A DNA stretch of 61,010 nt, the filler included, from Deltaproteobacteria bacterium (GTDB lineage Bacteria; CG2-30-53-67), in NCBI GenBank assembly GCA_013151235.1. It is 4 parts of 4 records of this genome, joined end to end, with 100 filler letters (N's around TTAATTAATTAA, not from the genome) between each part and the next. Parts side by side here need not be neighbours in the genome. Positions count along the whole stretch, not along the records: positions 49,263 to 61,010 come from JAADIO010000037.1; 3 more parts are not named here. One strand, written 5' to 3'. Positions 50,888-59,851 of this stretch are shown here, in pieces. A model generated the notes under the pieces. That model made no database searches. It was not told the origin of the DNA and saw only the letters and a program-made list of their open reading frames with translations. Both the position numbers and the translations under genes were made by a program. The number at the start of each line of letters is the position of its first letter. Position 1 is the stretch's first letter.

Positions 50888-51284
50888 TCCGCATCTGAAG
50901 CGATTACTCCGGTTTATCCCTCGCCCACACGGGTATTCCAGGGGCGGATCCTGATCCCTGGAATACCCGGAGACAACTCTTTTCTCCATTCATATCCCGG
51001 ATTTTCAGATTGATCTTTGCTCTCCGGTTTTCCCCGGAAAATTTTCGCGGGGAGAAACAAAAGTCCTCTTTTCCCCGTCTTTATATCAAGAATTTCATGA
51101 TTCATTTTGCAGGTGGCACTGGACGTATCAAGGTTCATGGCCGGGGTGATTGCATTTCGAAAGTAGAGATCGGAACCCTGTCTGTGTCTTATCCCAACGA
51201 AAAGGAGGTGAGTACGCTTATACGGTTTGTCCCATTTGGGACTTGTGTGTTTAATTAAAACGAAGAAACAGAAAGGACGATGTT

Positions 51285-52055
51285 ATGAAGACACTGTGGA
51301 TTGCAGTACTCTTTCTCTTCGGAAGCGTTACAATGGCGAATGCCGTACCTCTGGCAGGCGGGCTGGGTGGAACGGCAGGCTACGGCGAGCATCAGCTTGC
51401 CGACAACGATGACGGATCGACGTCTTTCATAGATCTTTCATCGGTTTTCGATAACGGCATGAATTTCTACGGAACGACCTATACCGGGCTTTACCTCAAC
51501 AACAATGGTAATGTGACGTTCTCTGCCCCGTTGTCTACGTATACTCCATACAGTATGACGGGATCGACCGCCAACCCGATTATTGCTCCTTTCTTTGCGG
51601 ATGTCGATACAAGGGGAAGTGGAGACGTCTATTGGGACGAAGATACGGTGAACGGCATTTTTACGGCCACATGGAATGCCGTTGGTTATTTTTCGTACCA
51701 TACAAATCCTCTGGATTCGTTCCAGTTACGGTTGATCGATCAGGGTGGCGGCGACTTTGGCATCGAATTCAGATATGCCTCCCTGGGATGGACCGTAGGG
51801 GATGTGAGTGGCACGGCGTATGCCAGGGCCGGCTACAATTCCGGCAATGGGACCGATTATTACGAGCTGCCGGAATCAGGGAATAATGCCGCCATGCTCG
51901 ATCTGGTCAACAGGAGCAATGCCGGGACGGATGGTCTGTTTCAATGGCAGGTCAGAAACGGCAACCCGGCGCCGGTCCCCGAACCGGGCTCTATGGCTCT
52001 GATGAGCATCGGCCTCGCCGGCCTCTTCTCCCTCCGCAGGCGGCAGGCTGCCTGA
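51285..52055 (+). CDS. Nidogen-like (NIDO) domain PEP-CTERM protein
   Basis: Signal peptide; NDDGS, NNNGNVTF, IAPFFADVDTR, FQLRL; VPEPGSMALMSIGLAGL..RRR. Confidence 0.9.
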   Translation: MKTLWIAVLFLFGSVTMANAVPLAGGLGGTAGYGEHQLADNDDGSTSFIDLSSVFDNGMNFYGTTYTGLYLNNNGNVTFSAPLSTYTPYSMTGSTANPIIAPFFADVDTRGSGDVYWDEDTVNGIFTATWNAVGYFSYHTNPLDSFQLRLIDQGGGDFGIEFRYASLGWTVGDVSGTAYARAGYNSGNGTDYYELPESGNNAAMLDLVNRSNAGTDGLFQWQVRNGNPAPVPEPGSMALMSIGLAGLFSLRRRQAA

Positions 52056-52437
52056 TCCCTTCGGACCGGGGTTCACAGTCGCAAACGGACCGGCATCTCC
52101 GGATGCCGGTCCTTCCTGAACCCTGCGTCAAATGAGCCCCCGGTTTTTCAGGGTATGACCCTTTCCGGGGGGGCGATTCCTTCCAGTTCCTCCATTGTGA
52201 ATTACGAATCAAAATGTTTTCTCTCATTTCAGCCCCTTTCCCGGAGCCGGGAACGCCCTGTATCCATCCCTCTGTTCCGGCAGCGTAATCCTTTATGAGA
52301 AAGATTTTGAAAAAGATGACGGGTTATGATAAATAATGTTATCTTTCTGTTGACGGCAGGCCGGTCATTGTCGGCGGAGGATAGGATAAGAGTAAGCTTG
52401 GTTATCGTTTTGAAGGATGTGTAGTGGAGCCGATTTT

Positions 52438-54192
52438 ATGTTCTCCATAGAGAAGCTGGACGCGCATCATATCCTTGCCCAGATCGGCGAGGATGTAACG
52501 GTCATGGCCTCCGAGGGACGTCTCCCAGCTTTTTTCGGGAGGGAGGAGGAGCTTGCCCGGATGGTCAAGATCCTCGGGCGGAGGCGGAAGTGCAATCCCC
52601 TGATCCTGGGGGGGGCCGGTGTCGGGAAGTCTTCCCTTTGTTATGCCCTGGCCGACCGGATCGTGAAGGGGAAGGTTCCTCCCTGGCTGGTTGGCCGCAA
52701 GGTGATCCGGACGAGCTTCTTCGAGATATGGGGTTCTCTTCTCCATTCGGATGAGGCCTTTGCCGAATATGCAAGGATCCTCAAAAATGTGCTGAAGCAG
52801 TGCCGGGAGAATCCGGTTATCCTCTTCATGGACGAGTTCCATACCCTGGTGAACTTTCCCGTCAGCTCCAATGTGATCAAGCCCGCTTTGGCCGACGGTT
52901 CCCTCCACATGATCGCTGCGACGACCCTTCGTGAGTACCGGCGAGATCTTGAAGGGGACGAGGCGCTGACCCGCCGTTTTGTTCCGATCATGCTGGATGA
53001 ACCTTCTCCGGCGGAGACCCGGAGGATTCTTTCTTCTTTGAAGAAAAGTTATGAAGAAGACTATCCGGTTTCCATCGGGGATGATTTTGTGGACGAGGTG
53101 GTGGATCTGACGGAGACCTATCTGCCGGGGCGCAACCAGCCGGACAAGTCGATCGATCTTCTCGAACTCTCCTGTATAGAGACGGTCTATGATCGTTTGA
53201 ATGGAGGGGGTGGCGGGGAGCGGATGTCTGTGACCGAGGATACGGCACACCGGGTGATTTCATCAATGACGGGGATCCCGGAGGAGATCGTGGCGGGGAA
53301 GATGGACCGTCTCGAAAGTTTGACGAAGCTGCTGTCGGATCGTTACTCCGGGCAGGAGGAGGCCTTGAAGCCTATCGCTTTTCGCCTGGCTTTGACCAAG
53401 TCGCGGGTGGGAATCGACGCGCACCGGCCCGACGGCATCTTCCTCGTGGCCGGTGAACGGGGCTCGGGAAAAACGGAACTGGCAAGAACTGTAGTTGATT
53501 TTCTCTCAGAGGACCCGGAAGAGGATTTCCTCTCCATCGATATGGAGGTCTATGGTGACTTTCATTCCTTCGTAATGTTGATGGGAGGAGGTCCGGGGCG
53601 GTCTTCTCTCCTGAGCGAATTTGTCCGGAACCGGCCGACCGGTGTGATCCTTCTCAGAAATTTCGACCGGGCGGACAAAAAGGTCCTGTCGATTCTTCGC
53701 CAGATCTTTGAAACCGGGAAAGGACGGGATTACCAGGGGAAAGAGCTAGTTTTCGATCATGTGACCTTTTTCCTGACGACGAGGGTCGGTTTCGAGGAGA
53801 AAAAGCCGATCGGAATTGTTTCAGAGTGTGAAAATGTGGCGTGGGAACAACAGGAAGATGCCGTGCTGGATGGACTTGGTGAGGTCTTTCCGGAGGATTT
53901 TCTTTCTTCCGTGGATGAGCTGATCGTGCTGAAACCGGTTTGCGAAGAGATGATTCGCTCCCTTCTGGATAGGAAGATAGAGGCCTGGTCCCGCCAGGTC
54001 GGAAAGACCCTTCGAATTGAACAGCTTTTGAAAGACCTTCTTCTGGAAATCCTCGTCAAGGAAGAGTCTCCCGCTCATGCTCTTTCCCGCGTATTCGACC
54101 GGGAAGTGGGAGAGGACCTTCTGCGATTGCGGAGAAGCCGGGAGTGGGAGGAACTCGAATCGGTGGAGTTGAAGCGGGACGGTGAGGCTTAG
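52438..54192 (+). CDS. Clp/Hsp100 (ClpA/C-like) AAA+ ATPase lacking the N-domain, with a degenerate second ATPase module
   Basis: GREEE, NP.ILGGAGVGKS, LFMDEFH, D.AL.RRF, R.QPDKSIDLL; D2 GERGSGKT but Walker B reads ILLRNF. Confidence 0.85.
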   Translation: MFSIEKLDAHHILAQIGEDVTVMASEGRLPAFFGREEELARMVKILGRRRKCNPLILGGAGVGKSSLCYALADRIVKGKVPPWLVGRKVIRTSFFEIWGSLLHSDEAFAEYARILKNVLKQCRENPVILFMDEFHTLVNFPVSSNVIKPALADGSLHMIAATTLREYRRDLEGDEALTRRFVPIMLDEPSPAETRRILSSLKKSYEEDYPVSIGDDFVDEVVDLTETYLPGRNQPDKSIDLLELSCIETVYDRLNGGGGGERMSVTEDTAHRVISSMTGIPEEIVAGKMDRLESLTKLLSDRYSGQEEALKPIAFRLALTKSRVGIDAHRPDGIFLVAGERGSGKTELARTVVDFLSEDPEEDFLSIDMEVYGDFHSFVMLMGGGPGRSSLLSEFVRNRPTGVILLRNFDRADKKVLSILRQIFETGKGRDYQGKELVFDHVTFFLTTRVGFEEKKPIGIVSECENVAWEQQEDAVLDGLGEVFPEDFLSSVDELIVLKPVCEEMIRSLLDRKIEAWSRQVGKTLRIEQLLKDLLLEILVKEESPAHALSRVFDREVGEDLLRLRRSREWEELESVELKRDGEA

Positions 54193-54209
54193 CACGGGCT
54201 GGACGATTT

Positions 54210-55205
54210 GTGAAGATTATGGCAGGGAAACAAAAAAAACGGGATCAACGTCTATTGGAAGAAGACCTGCAACTCGTCCGGAATATGACGGATGAAAACA
54301 AAGAGGTCCGGGAAGAAGGATGGCGGATATTCTATGAACGGTATTATGCTGTACTGGAACGTAAAATTATCAGCTCGCTTCGGAATGGATATATGGTTGA
54401 TAAGGCCTGGGACTCTTTTCTTGACCGGATCATGAGAAATGACTTTGAGAATCTCAGAAAGTATGAAGGCAGGGGGTCGCTGGCAAGCTGGCTGTATCAA
54501 AGTCTGGCTTGGGCGATGAAGGATGTTCTCAGAAAAGAGGGAAAACTGTCGGCAGGGTCGGTCTCTTTTGAGGATGTGCAAAAGGTGATTCCGGAGGATA
54601 CCGCAAAGGATGGTCATATTGACGAGGATGCTGTGATGGCGAAGGATGCCGGCCGATCTTCTCAGAGGAGGCCTGAGCCTGAGTGTGGACCCAATCAGGG
54701 AAATGATCTGGAGAATGATTTGCGTGTTGCCTTCAGTCAACTTCCTGATATGGAGCGGTGGGTTTTTTCCCTTCGTCATTATGATGTGCTCGGGTTTCCT
54801 GAGGATGAGATCAGAAAGCTGGCTCAGTATATAAATCGCGATGCTGTTGAGGTGGCAGCGATGATTGATGATATTTTCCTCGACGGGGACCTCCTTTCCG
54901 GAAAACGAGAAAATGTAATGAAAGCGGAGGAAAAAGCGGTCCGTGATTTTTCTCGTCGGTTGGCTGCGGAATCGGAGCGATACATCGAATTGGAAGTTGA
55001 GGAGACTCCAGCACCGGACAATGAAGTGAAGACTGAAAACAAGTCGCAATCCGGGAAGAAAAGAGTGCCGGCCCTGATCAAAACACCTTACGATGTGATC
55101 AGTGGAATCCTCCAGGGAAGGAATGTGTCAACATTGCACGGTGATGTACGAAAGGCGAAAAATAGACTGAAACAGTTTCTGCAGGAAGAGGGATATAACA
55201 TTTAG
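54210..55205 (+). CDS. Divergent ECF-like sigma-70 family factor
   Basis: Region 2-like W..FYERY..L...YEGRGSLASWL....KD.LRK; region 4-like FSQLPDMERWVFSLRH..., Y..ISGIL..NVSTL..DVRKAKNRL, with an insertion. Confidence 0.7.
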   Translation: MKIMAGKQKKRDQRLLEEDLQLVRNMTDENKEVREEGWRIFYERYYAVLERKIISSLRNGYMVDKAWDSFLDRIMRNDFENLRKYEGRGSLASWLYQSLAWAMKDVLRKEGKLSAGSVSFEDVQKVIPEDTAKDGHIDEDAVMAKDAGRSSQRRPEPECGPNQGNDLENDLRVAFSQLPDMERWVFSLRHYDVLGFPEDEIRKLAQYINRDAVEVAAMIDDIFLDGDLLSGKRENVMKAEEKAVRDFSRRLAAESERYIELEVEETPAPDNEVKTENKSQSGKKRVPALIKTPYDVISGILQGRNVSTLHGDVRKAKNRLKQFLQEEGYNI

Positions 55206-55215
55206 AGAGTCTGCC

Positions 55216-55632
55216 ATGATCAGAGAATATGAACCACCGGAACATCCTTCCCGAAAGTCTTGGGAAGAATTTATCGAGAGGGAAGGATATCTGGAGGAGA
55301 ACTCTCAAGAGATGATGCACATCCAGGAGTGTCGGGTGTGCCGTGAAAGGGTTTCCCAAATCCTTGAAGGGGATCGTTTTCTCCTGGACCGGCTTGCAGA
55401 TGCCCTCCATCCTGAAAGGATGATCGATCCGGAAAAGGGGGAAACCTGTTTCGAAACGAAAGATCTATGGGACTATACGGCCTGGCGATTATCCCGGGAT
55501 GCCGGGGATGAGAGAGCCGATTCCTCACCGGAGAAATATAGTTTTTTTGATGATCATATCAATGAATGTGATCGTTGTCTGAAAGAATTTCGAAGAATCC
55601 GTAAGATCCAGAGCCGACTCAGGAATTCCTGA
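55216..55632 (+). CDS. Soluble protein with two zf-HC2/ZAS-like motifs (putative anti-sigma factor)
   Basis: H...HIQECRVC and C...HINECDRC; directly downstream of the sigma gene; no TM helix. Confidence 0.65.
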   Translation: MIREYEPPEHPSRKSWEEFIEREGYLEENSQEMMHIQECRVCRERVSQILEGDRFLLDRLADALHPERMIDPEKGETCFETKDLWDYTAWRLSRDAGDERADSSPEKYSFFDDHINECDRCLKEFRRIRKIQSRLRNS

Positions 55633-55647
55633 TCCTTCCCTTTCCTT

Positions 55648-55722
55648 GCAGGGGGCCTTACGGCTTCCTGCTTCTTGTCATGATTTTCTGCTCCAAAAGG
55701 CCCCAATCGGGGTCTTTTTTTT
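55648..55722 (+). terminator. Two hairpins, the second with a U-tract, ending the Clp-sigma-anti-sigma operon
   Basis: GCAGGGGGCC..GGCTTCCTGC; AAAAGGCCCC-AATC-GGGGTC-T8. Confidence 0.7.
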
Positions 55723-55903
55723 CTTCTGAAAAAATCTTCCGTGAAACATTTTCATTCTTTTGCACGTCTTACGAATGAATTCGTGAGTGTCCAGAAACGA
55801 AAATGCCATTTATAGCCGATATTGTGACCAATCAAAGAAGGAGGAGCCGTCCATCGTGAGTTTATCGGAATATCTCGATCTATATAATCCTTATGGAGAT
55901 TTT

Positions 55904-56257
55904 GTGGATGAGGAGGATTGCGTGCTTCGGGATTTCGGGGAACGGTTGCGCATACTGCGCAAAAAACGGTGTCTGACGCAGCAGATGTTAGGGGAACGGG
56001 CCGGGGTTTCCTACAAGTACCTGGGAGAGATCGAGCGGGGAGAGAAGAACCCTTCCGTGACGATTCTCTTCAAACTGGCGGCGGCGCTGGAAGTGAATCC
56101 GGCCGAACTGGTCTGCGTCCTCGACGGAGGCTGTGCCGACTGTCATTATTCACGGGTGCAGTTGCGGCGGGTCAACGAGATCCTGATGGAACGGGATCCC
56201 GAGACGTTGAAGCGGATCGTCCGGGTCTTGACGGTCTGGTTCGGGGAGGAGAGATGA
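55904..56257 (+). CDS. XRE-family HTH transcriptional regulator (start uncertain: 55787, 55904 or 55922)
   Basis: FGERLRILRKK..LTQ..L.E.AGVS..YLGEIERGEKNPS. Confidence 0.9.
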   Translation: MDEEDCVLRDFGERLRILRKKRCLTQQMLGERAGVSYKYLGEIERGEKNPSVTILFKLAAALEVNPAELVCVLDGGCADCHYSRVQLRRVNEILMERDPETLKRIVRVLTVWFGEER

Positions 56258-57267
56258 AAAAATTTGTTTTTGTGGTGCATCCCCGGAATTATGAGGATGT
56301 GGTGCGAGTATTTCCGTTTTTCAGGTATCTTCCGGAAAAGGCGGTTGTACGGGGAATCCGCCTGACCCGTCCCTTTCCCCGGTTATGGCTCTGTTCCTCC
56401 TTCGATGTGCTGGGGAAGGTGAGAGGGCATATCCTTGCTGCTCCCCTGACGGCGGAACAGATGCTGACCCGGAATCTGCGGGAGGTTCGGAGGGTGATTC
56501 TCCATACCGTCCTCTATGCTCAGGAAAAACTGCGGGCGGAGGTGATCGGGCTCGGGGCGCTCACCGCCTCAGTGACGAACGGCGGAAAGTGGCTGGCGAA
56601 GCGTTCGGAGGTCCGGGCAGCGGTCACCCACGGTGATACCTTCGCCGTGGCGGTCGCCATGGAAGGAATCGGGGCAATCCTCCGGAAGAAGAGGGGGGCC
56701 GTCGCTGTGACGGGCGCGACCGGGATTATAGGCAGCGCCCTCGCCCGGCTCCTTGCAAAGAAGGACCGTCCTCTCATTCTCCTCGGACGCAACCGGCGAA
56801 AGCTCAAGAGCCTGGCCGCCGGACTCAACGGCGTCCGGAACCTGACAATCTCCACCGATCTTGCTGTTTGCCGGGGGGCGGAGATTGTGGTCGCCGCCAC
56901 CTCTCATTCGGATACGATCCTGAAGGGGGAACACCTGCGGAAGGGGGCGGTGATCTACGACGTCTGTCAACCCGAAGCGGTTTCGTTGGTACTCCTCCGA
57001 AAGAGGCCGGACCTCGTCCGGATCGACGGCTCCCTTGCCGCCATTCCCGGGGTTGACCCCGGCTTTGCGATGGGACCGCCGAAGGGTACGACTTTTGCCT
57101 GTCTGGCGGAGACCATGCTCCATGCGCTGGAGGGGAAACGGGAAGACCGCGTCGGGCCGATCGATGCGACCCATATCGATAATCTCCGGACGGCAGGGAA
57201 GAAGTACGGTTTTGTACATGCGCCGTTTACCTGTTTTGGCCGGCCCTTGAATGGGAAGCTACATTAG
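56254..57267 (+). CDS. NAD(P)-dependent oxidoreductase, COG5322 / acyl-ACP-reductase-like
   Basis: F.FVVHP, GLGALTA, THGDTF, Rossmann VAVTGATGIIGS, FACLAETM; ATG overlaps the XRE stop. Confidence 0.75.
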   Translation: MKKFVFVVHPRNYEDVVRVFPFFRYLPEKAVVRGIRLTRPFPRLWLCSSFDVLGKVRGHILAAPLTAEQMLTRNLREVRRVILHTVLYAQEKLRAEVIGLGALTASVTNGGKWLAKRSEVRAAVTHGDTFAVAVAMEGIGAILRKKRGAVAVTGATGIIGSALARLLAKKDRPLILLGRNRRKLKSLAAGLNGVRNLTISTDLAVCRGAEIVVAATSHSDTILKGEHLRKGAVIYDVCQPEAVSLVLLRKRPDLVRIDGSLAAIPGVDPGFAMGPPKGTTFACLAETMLHALEGKREDRVGPIDATHIDNLRTAGKKYGFVHAPFTCFGRPLNGKLH

Positions 57268-57415
57268 ATTTCCTTCGGTAGGTGTGTTTCCTGAAAGGAG
57301 GGATCGGGATGGATGTGTAACCTGCCGGATTTTTACGGAGGTGCAGGTTGGAGAAATGGATGATCGGGGAGCCGACGGGGATGATCACGGTCCAAACGTC
57401 CGCGACAGGAGGAAA

Positions 57416-58084
57416 ATGATGAGCAAAGAGGAATCATCAAAGAACCACAAGGATCTAAAGGAACATGGGATCATCTATCTTGCCGGCGGCATTGACGAAA
57501 GCCTTTCGGAGAATGTGTGCAAGGAAATCATCGAATACAATATTTCCGGGAAAGTCGAGTGTATCCAGATGATTATCAACTCCCACGGCGGCAGTTGTAC
57601 GGATGGATTCGCCATTATCGATATCATGGAGTGGTCCCGCCTTCCTGTCTATACAACCGGGATCGGTATGATCTGTTCCATGGCTCTGCTGATTTTCATG
57701 ACAGGGGCTAAAGGGCGGCGGGTCATTACTCCCAGGACCTCCATATTGTCTCACAGGTATTCAACCAAGACGCAGGGAAACCACAGCCAGTTGCTGGCGG
57801 ATCGGAAAGAGCAGGATCTGATGCATGAGCGGGTTGTGGATCATTATCTCCACAACACCCATATTGATACGAGAGAGAAATTGGAGGGATATCTCCTCCG
57901 GGATGTGGATACCTGGCTTTCAACCGGGGAGGCGCTTGAATACGGCATCGCTGACATCGTAGAGCCGTTGAGCCGGGACGGGCTTGAAATAAAAATGAAA
58001 AAGAAGACTTCCGGGAAGAAAAAGAAAGACAGGAAAGATACGGATAAAACACCGGTCTTGTTCGGAAGGCAGGTGCTGGGTTAG
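57416..58084 (+). CDS. ClpP-family protease (divergent paralog)
   Basis: IYLAGGID, INSHGG...G.AI.D.M, G.ICSM (Ser), G..GRR, SILSH (His), DTWLS..EALEYG.AD; AGGAGG ribosome-binding site. Confidence 0.88.
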   Translation: MMSKEESSKNHKDLKEHGIIYLAGGIDESLSENVCKEIIEYNISGKVECIQMIINSHGGSCTDGFAIIDIMEWSRLPVYTTGIGMICSMALLIFMTGAKGRRVITPRTSILSHRYSTKTQGNHSQLLADRKEQDLMHERVVDHYLHNTHIDTREKLEGYLLRDVDTWLSTGEALEYGIADIVEPLSRDGLEIKMKKKTSGKKKKDRKDTDKTPVLFGRQVLG

Positions 58085-58095
58085 ATCCGGGATGT

Positions 58096-59145
58096 TTGCC
58101 TTACAGAAAACTGACTGACGTGGAGGTGCGGGTGGAAGAAAAAGTGAGAACGTTATTCCGTGAAATCGAGTGTTGCCGTGATGCATTCATGGACTGCGAG
58201 AGGATGTCTCAGGATCTTCCCATTCATGCAGTAAAGGGGTATGTCGACTGGGTGCTGGAGGGACTTCTCGATGTCTGTGGCGATTATGAGAGAAAGTACG
58301 GCAGGAATGTTGTGCAACTGGAGGTGGTCCGGGAACGATTTCAGAAAGAATTCTTCTCAATCGATGCGATAGGCCGGAGTCCTTTCCTGCGGCAGTGCTT
58401 CCTCAAGCCCTATGGTTATTCCGGTGATTTCAGAACGATCGACATGATCTACCGGAACCGGCCTGCTCCGGATGGTGTGGTAACCCATGTGGAACGCTTC
58501 GCATATGATGCACCTGCCTGCCGTGCCGTACGGAACCGCAAAGAGTTTCTGAAAGAGAAAGTCCGGGAAGAAAAGTGCATGAAGAGGGAACTTTCGATCT
58601 TGAATCTCGCATCAGGGCCTGCTCGTGAGATCGCCGAGCTGGCCGAAGAAGGGACCCTGGATGAGAACTGCCGGGTGATCAACATCGACCATGAACCGGA
58701 GGCTCATGACTATGCCATGGGACTTCTGAACGGGGTGACGAAACAGACCGGGATAGACTACATTGTGGAAGACGCCTATCGTTTCTCCCTGCGGAAGGAC
58801 AACCTCGACCGCTACGGCGCACAGGACCTGATCCTCTGCGCCGGACTCTTCGACTATCTCGATGATGCCTGGGCCGTCCGGGTGTTGCGTGCGCTTTTTG
58901 CGCTTCTCCGGGAAGACGGGATTCTGATCGTCGGGAATTTCAGTCATGAAAATCCGTCGAGGACACTCATGGAGTGGTTCGCCGATTGGAAACTGATCCA
59001 CCGTGATGAAGAGACCTTTGCCGGGCTCTTTCGAAAGGCCGGGATCACCGATATGGTCATTGAAAAGGAGTCTCTCGGGGTCAACCTCTTCGGTGTCGCG
59101 GGAAAAGGCTCAACCGTGAAACCTTTTCCGGATGATGCCGCTTGA
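58096..59145 (+). CDS. Class I SAM-dependent methyltransferase, PhcB-like
   Basis: KPYGYSGDF..IDMIY, AVRNR, ILNLASGPARE, AGLFDYL, GNF...NPSR..MEW..DW.LIHR. Confidence 0.75.
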   Translation: MPYRKLTDVEVRVEEKVRTLFREIECCRDAFMDCERMSQDLPIHAVKGYVDWVLEGLLDVCGDYERKYGRNVVQLEVVRERFQKEFFSIDAIGRSPFLRQCFLKPYGYSGDFRTIDMIYRNRPAPDGVVTHVERFAYDAPACRAVRNRKEFLKEKVREEKCMKRELSILNLASGPAREIAELAEEGTLDENCRVINIDHEPEAHDYAMGLLNGVTKQTGIDYIVEDAYRFSLRKDNLDRYGAQDLILCAGLFDYLDDAWAVRVLRALFALLREDGILIVGNFSHENPSRTLMEWFADWKLIHRDEETFAGLFRKAGITDMVIEKESLGVNLFGVAGKGSTVKPFPDDAA

Positions 59146-59182
59146 GGGTATCTATAACGATCAACATTTCCAATGAAACTGC

Positions 59183-59662
59183 TTGGAAGCAGGGAGGCGG
59201 CCGGTGGAACGAAGCAATCCGCAACAATCCATTTTACGGATTCTGTTCGTGGAGGACAACCTGGAGCGGGAGAAGATCTTCCGTTCATGGCTGCCGGATG
59301 ACATTTTGCCCGTCTTCGCCGTCAGCGCCGGACAGGCCCTCGGGGTGATCCGGCGGGACCGGGGACGGGTCTACGCCGGAATCGCCCTCGATTTTGATCT
59401 GCCGGAAAGAGCCCGGACCAGTGATGACAAGTACCGAAGCGGCCGGGATGTGATGAAGGCGATCATGCAGTTTATCCATAAAGATACGGCGATCCTTGTT
59501 CACTCCATGAATTCGAGCCAGTCTGTTTCCGTGGCGAATACCCTCTCCGGCGCCGGATTTGCCGTGGACCGAATCCCCATGGCCTTGCTGACCCGGGGAC
59601 GGTTCCATGACTGGATTGATTATGCCAGGGAGATCTGGTCGGACCGGCAGGAGGGGGAATGA
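59183..59662 (+). CDS. Atypical receiver domain, cyclic-phosphate-processing REC (cREC)-like
   Basis: RILFVEDN..R, LDFDL, SG.DV, ILVHSMN; lacks the canonical KP motif. Confidence 0.7.
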   Translation: MEAGRRPVERSNPQQSILRILFVEDNLEREKIFRSWLPDDILPVFAVSAGQALGVIRRDRGRVYAGIALDFDLPERARTSDDKYRSGRDVMKAIMQFIHKDTAILVHSMNSSQSVSVANTLSGAGFAVDRIPMALLTRGRFHDWIDYAREIWSDRQEGE

Positions 59663-59851
59663 AGAAGAGAAGATGGGAATTTTCGGGCTGGCCGGCATCG
59701 GCGCGACGATGTAAACGATTTTTTCTGACGGATCCGTCGCAGGGAAGGTGCGGGAGGCCCGGACCCGGAACCGTCCGGAAGAGGGGATGGCTGTCGTCTT
59801 TCAGACGGCTGACGGTTCCCGGACCGTGATTGATTGCAGAGGAGGATTGTC

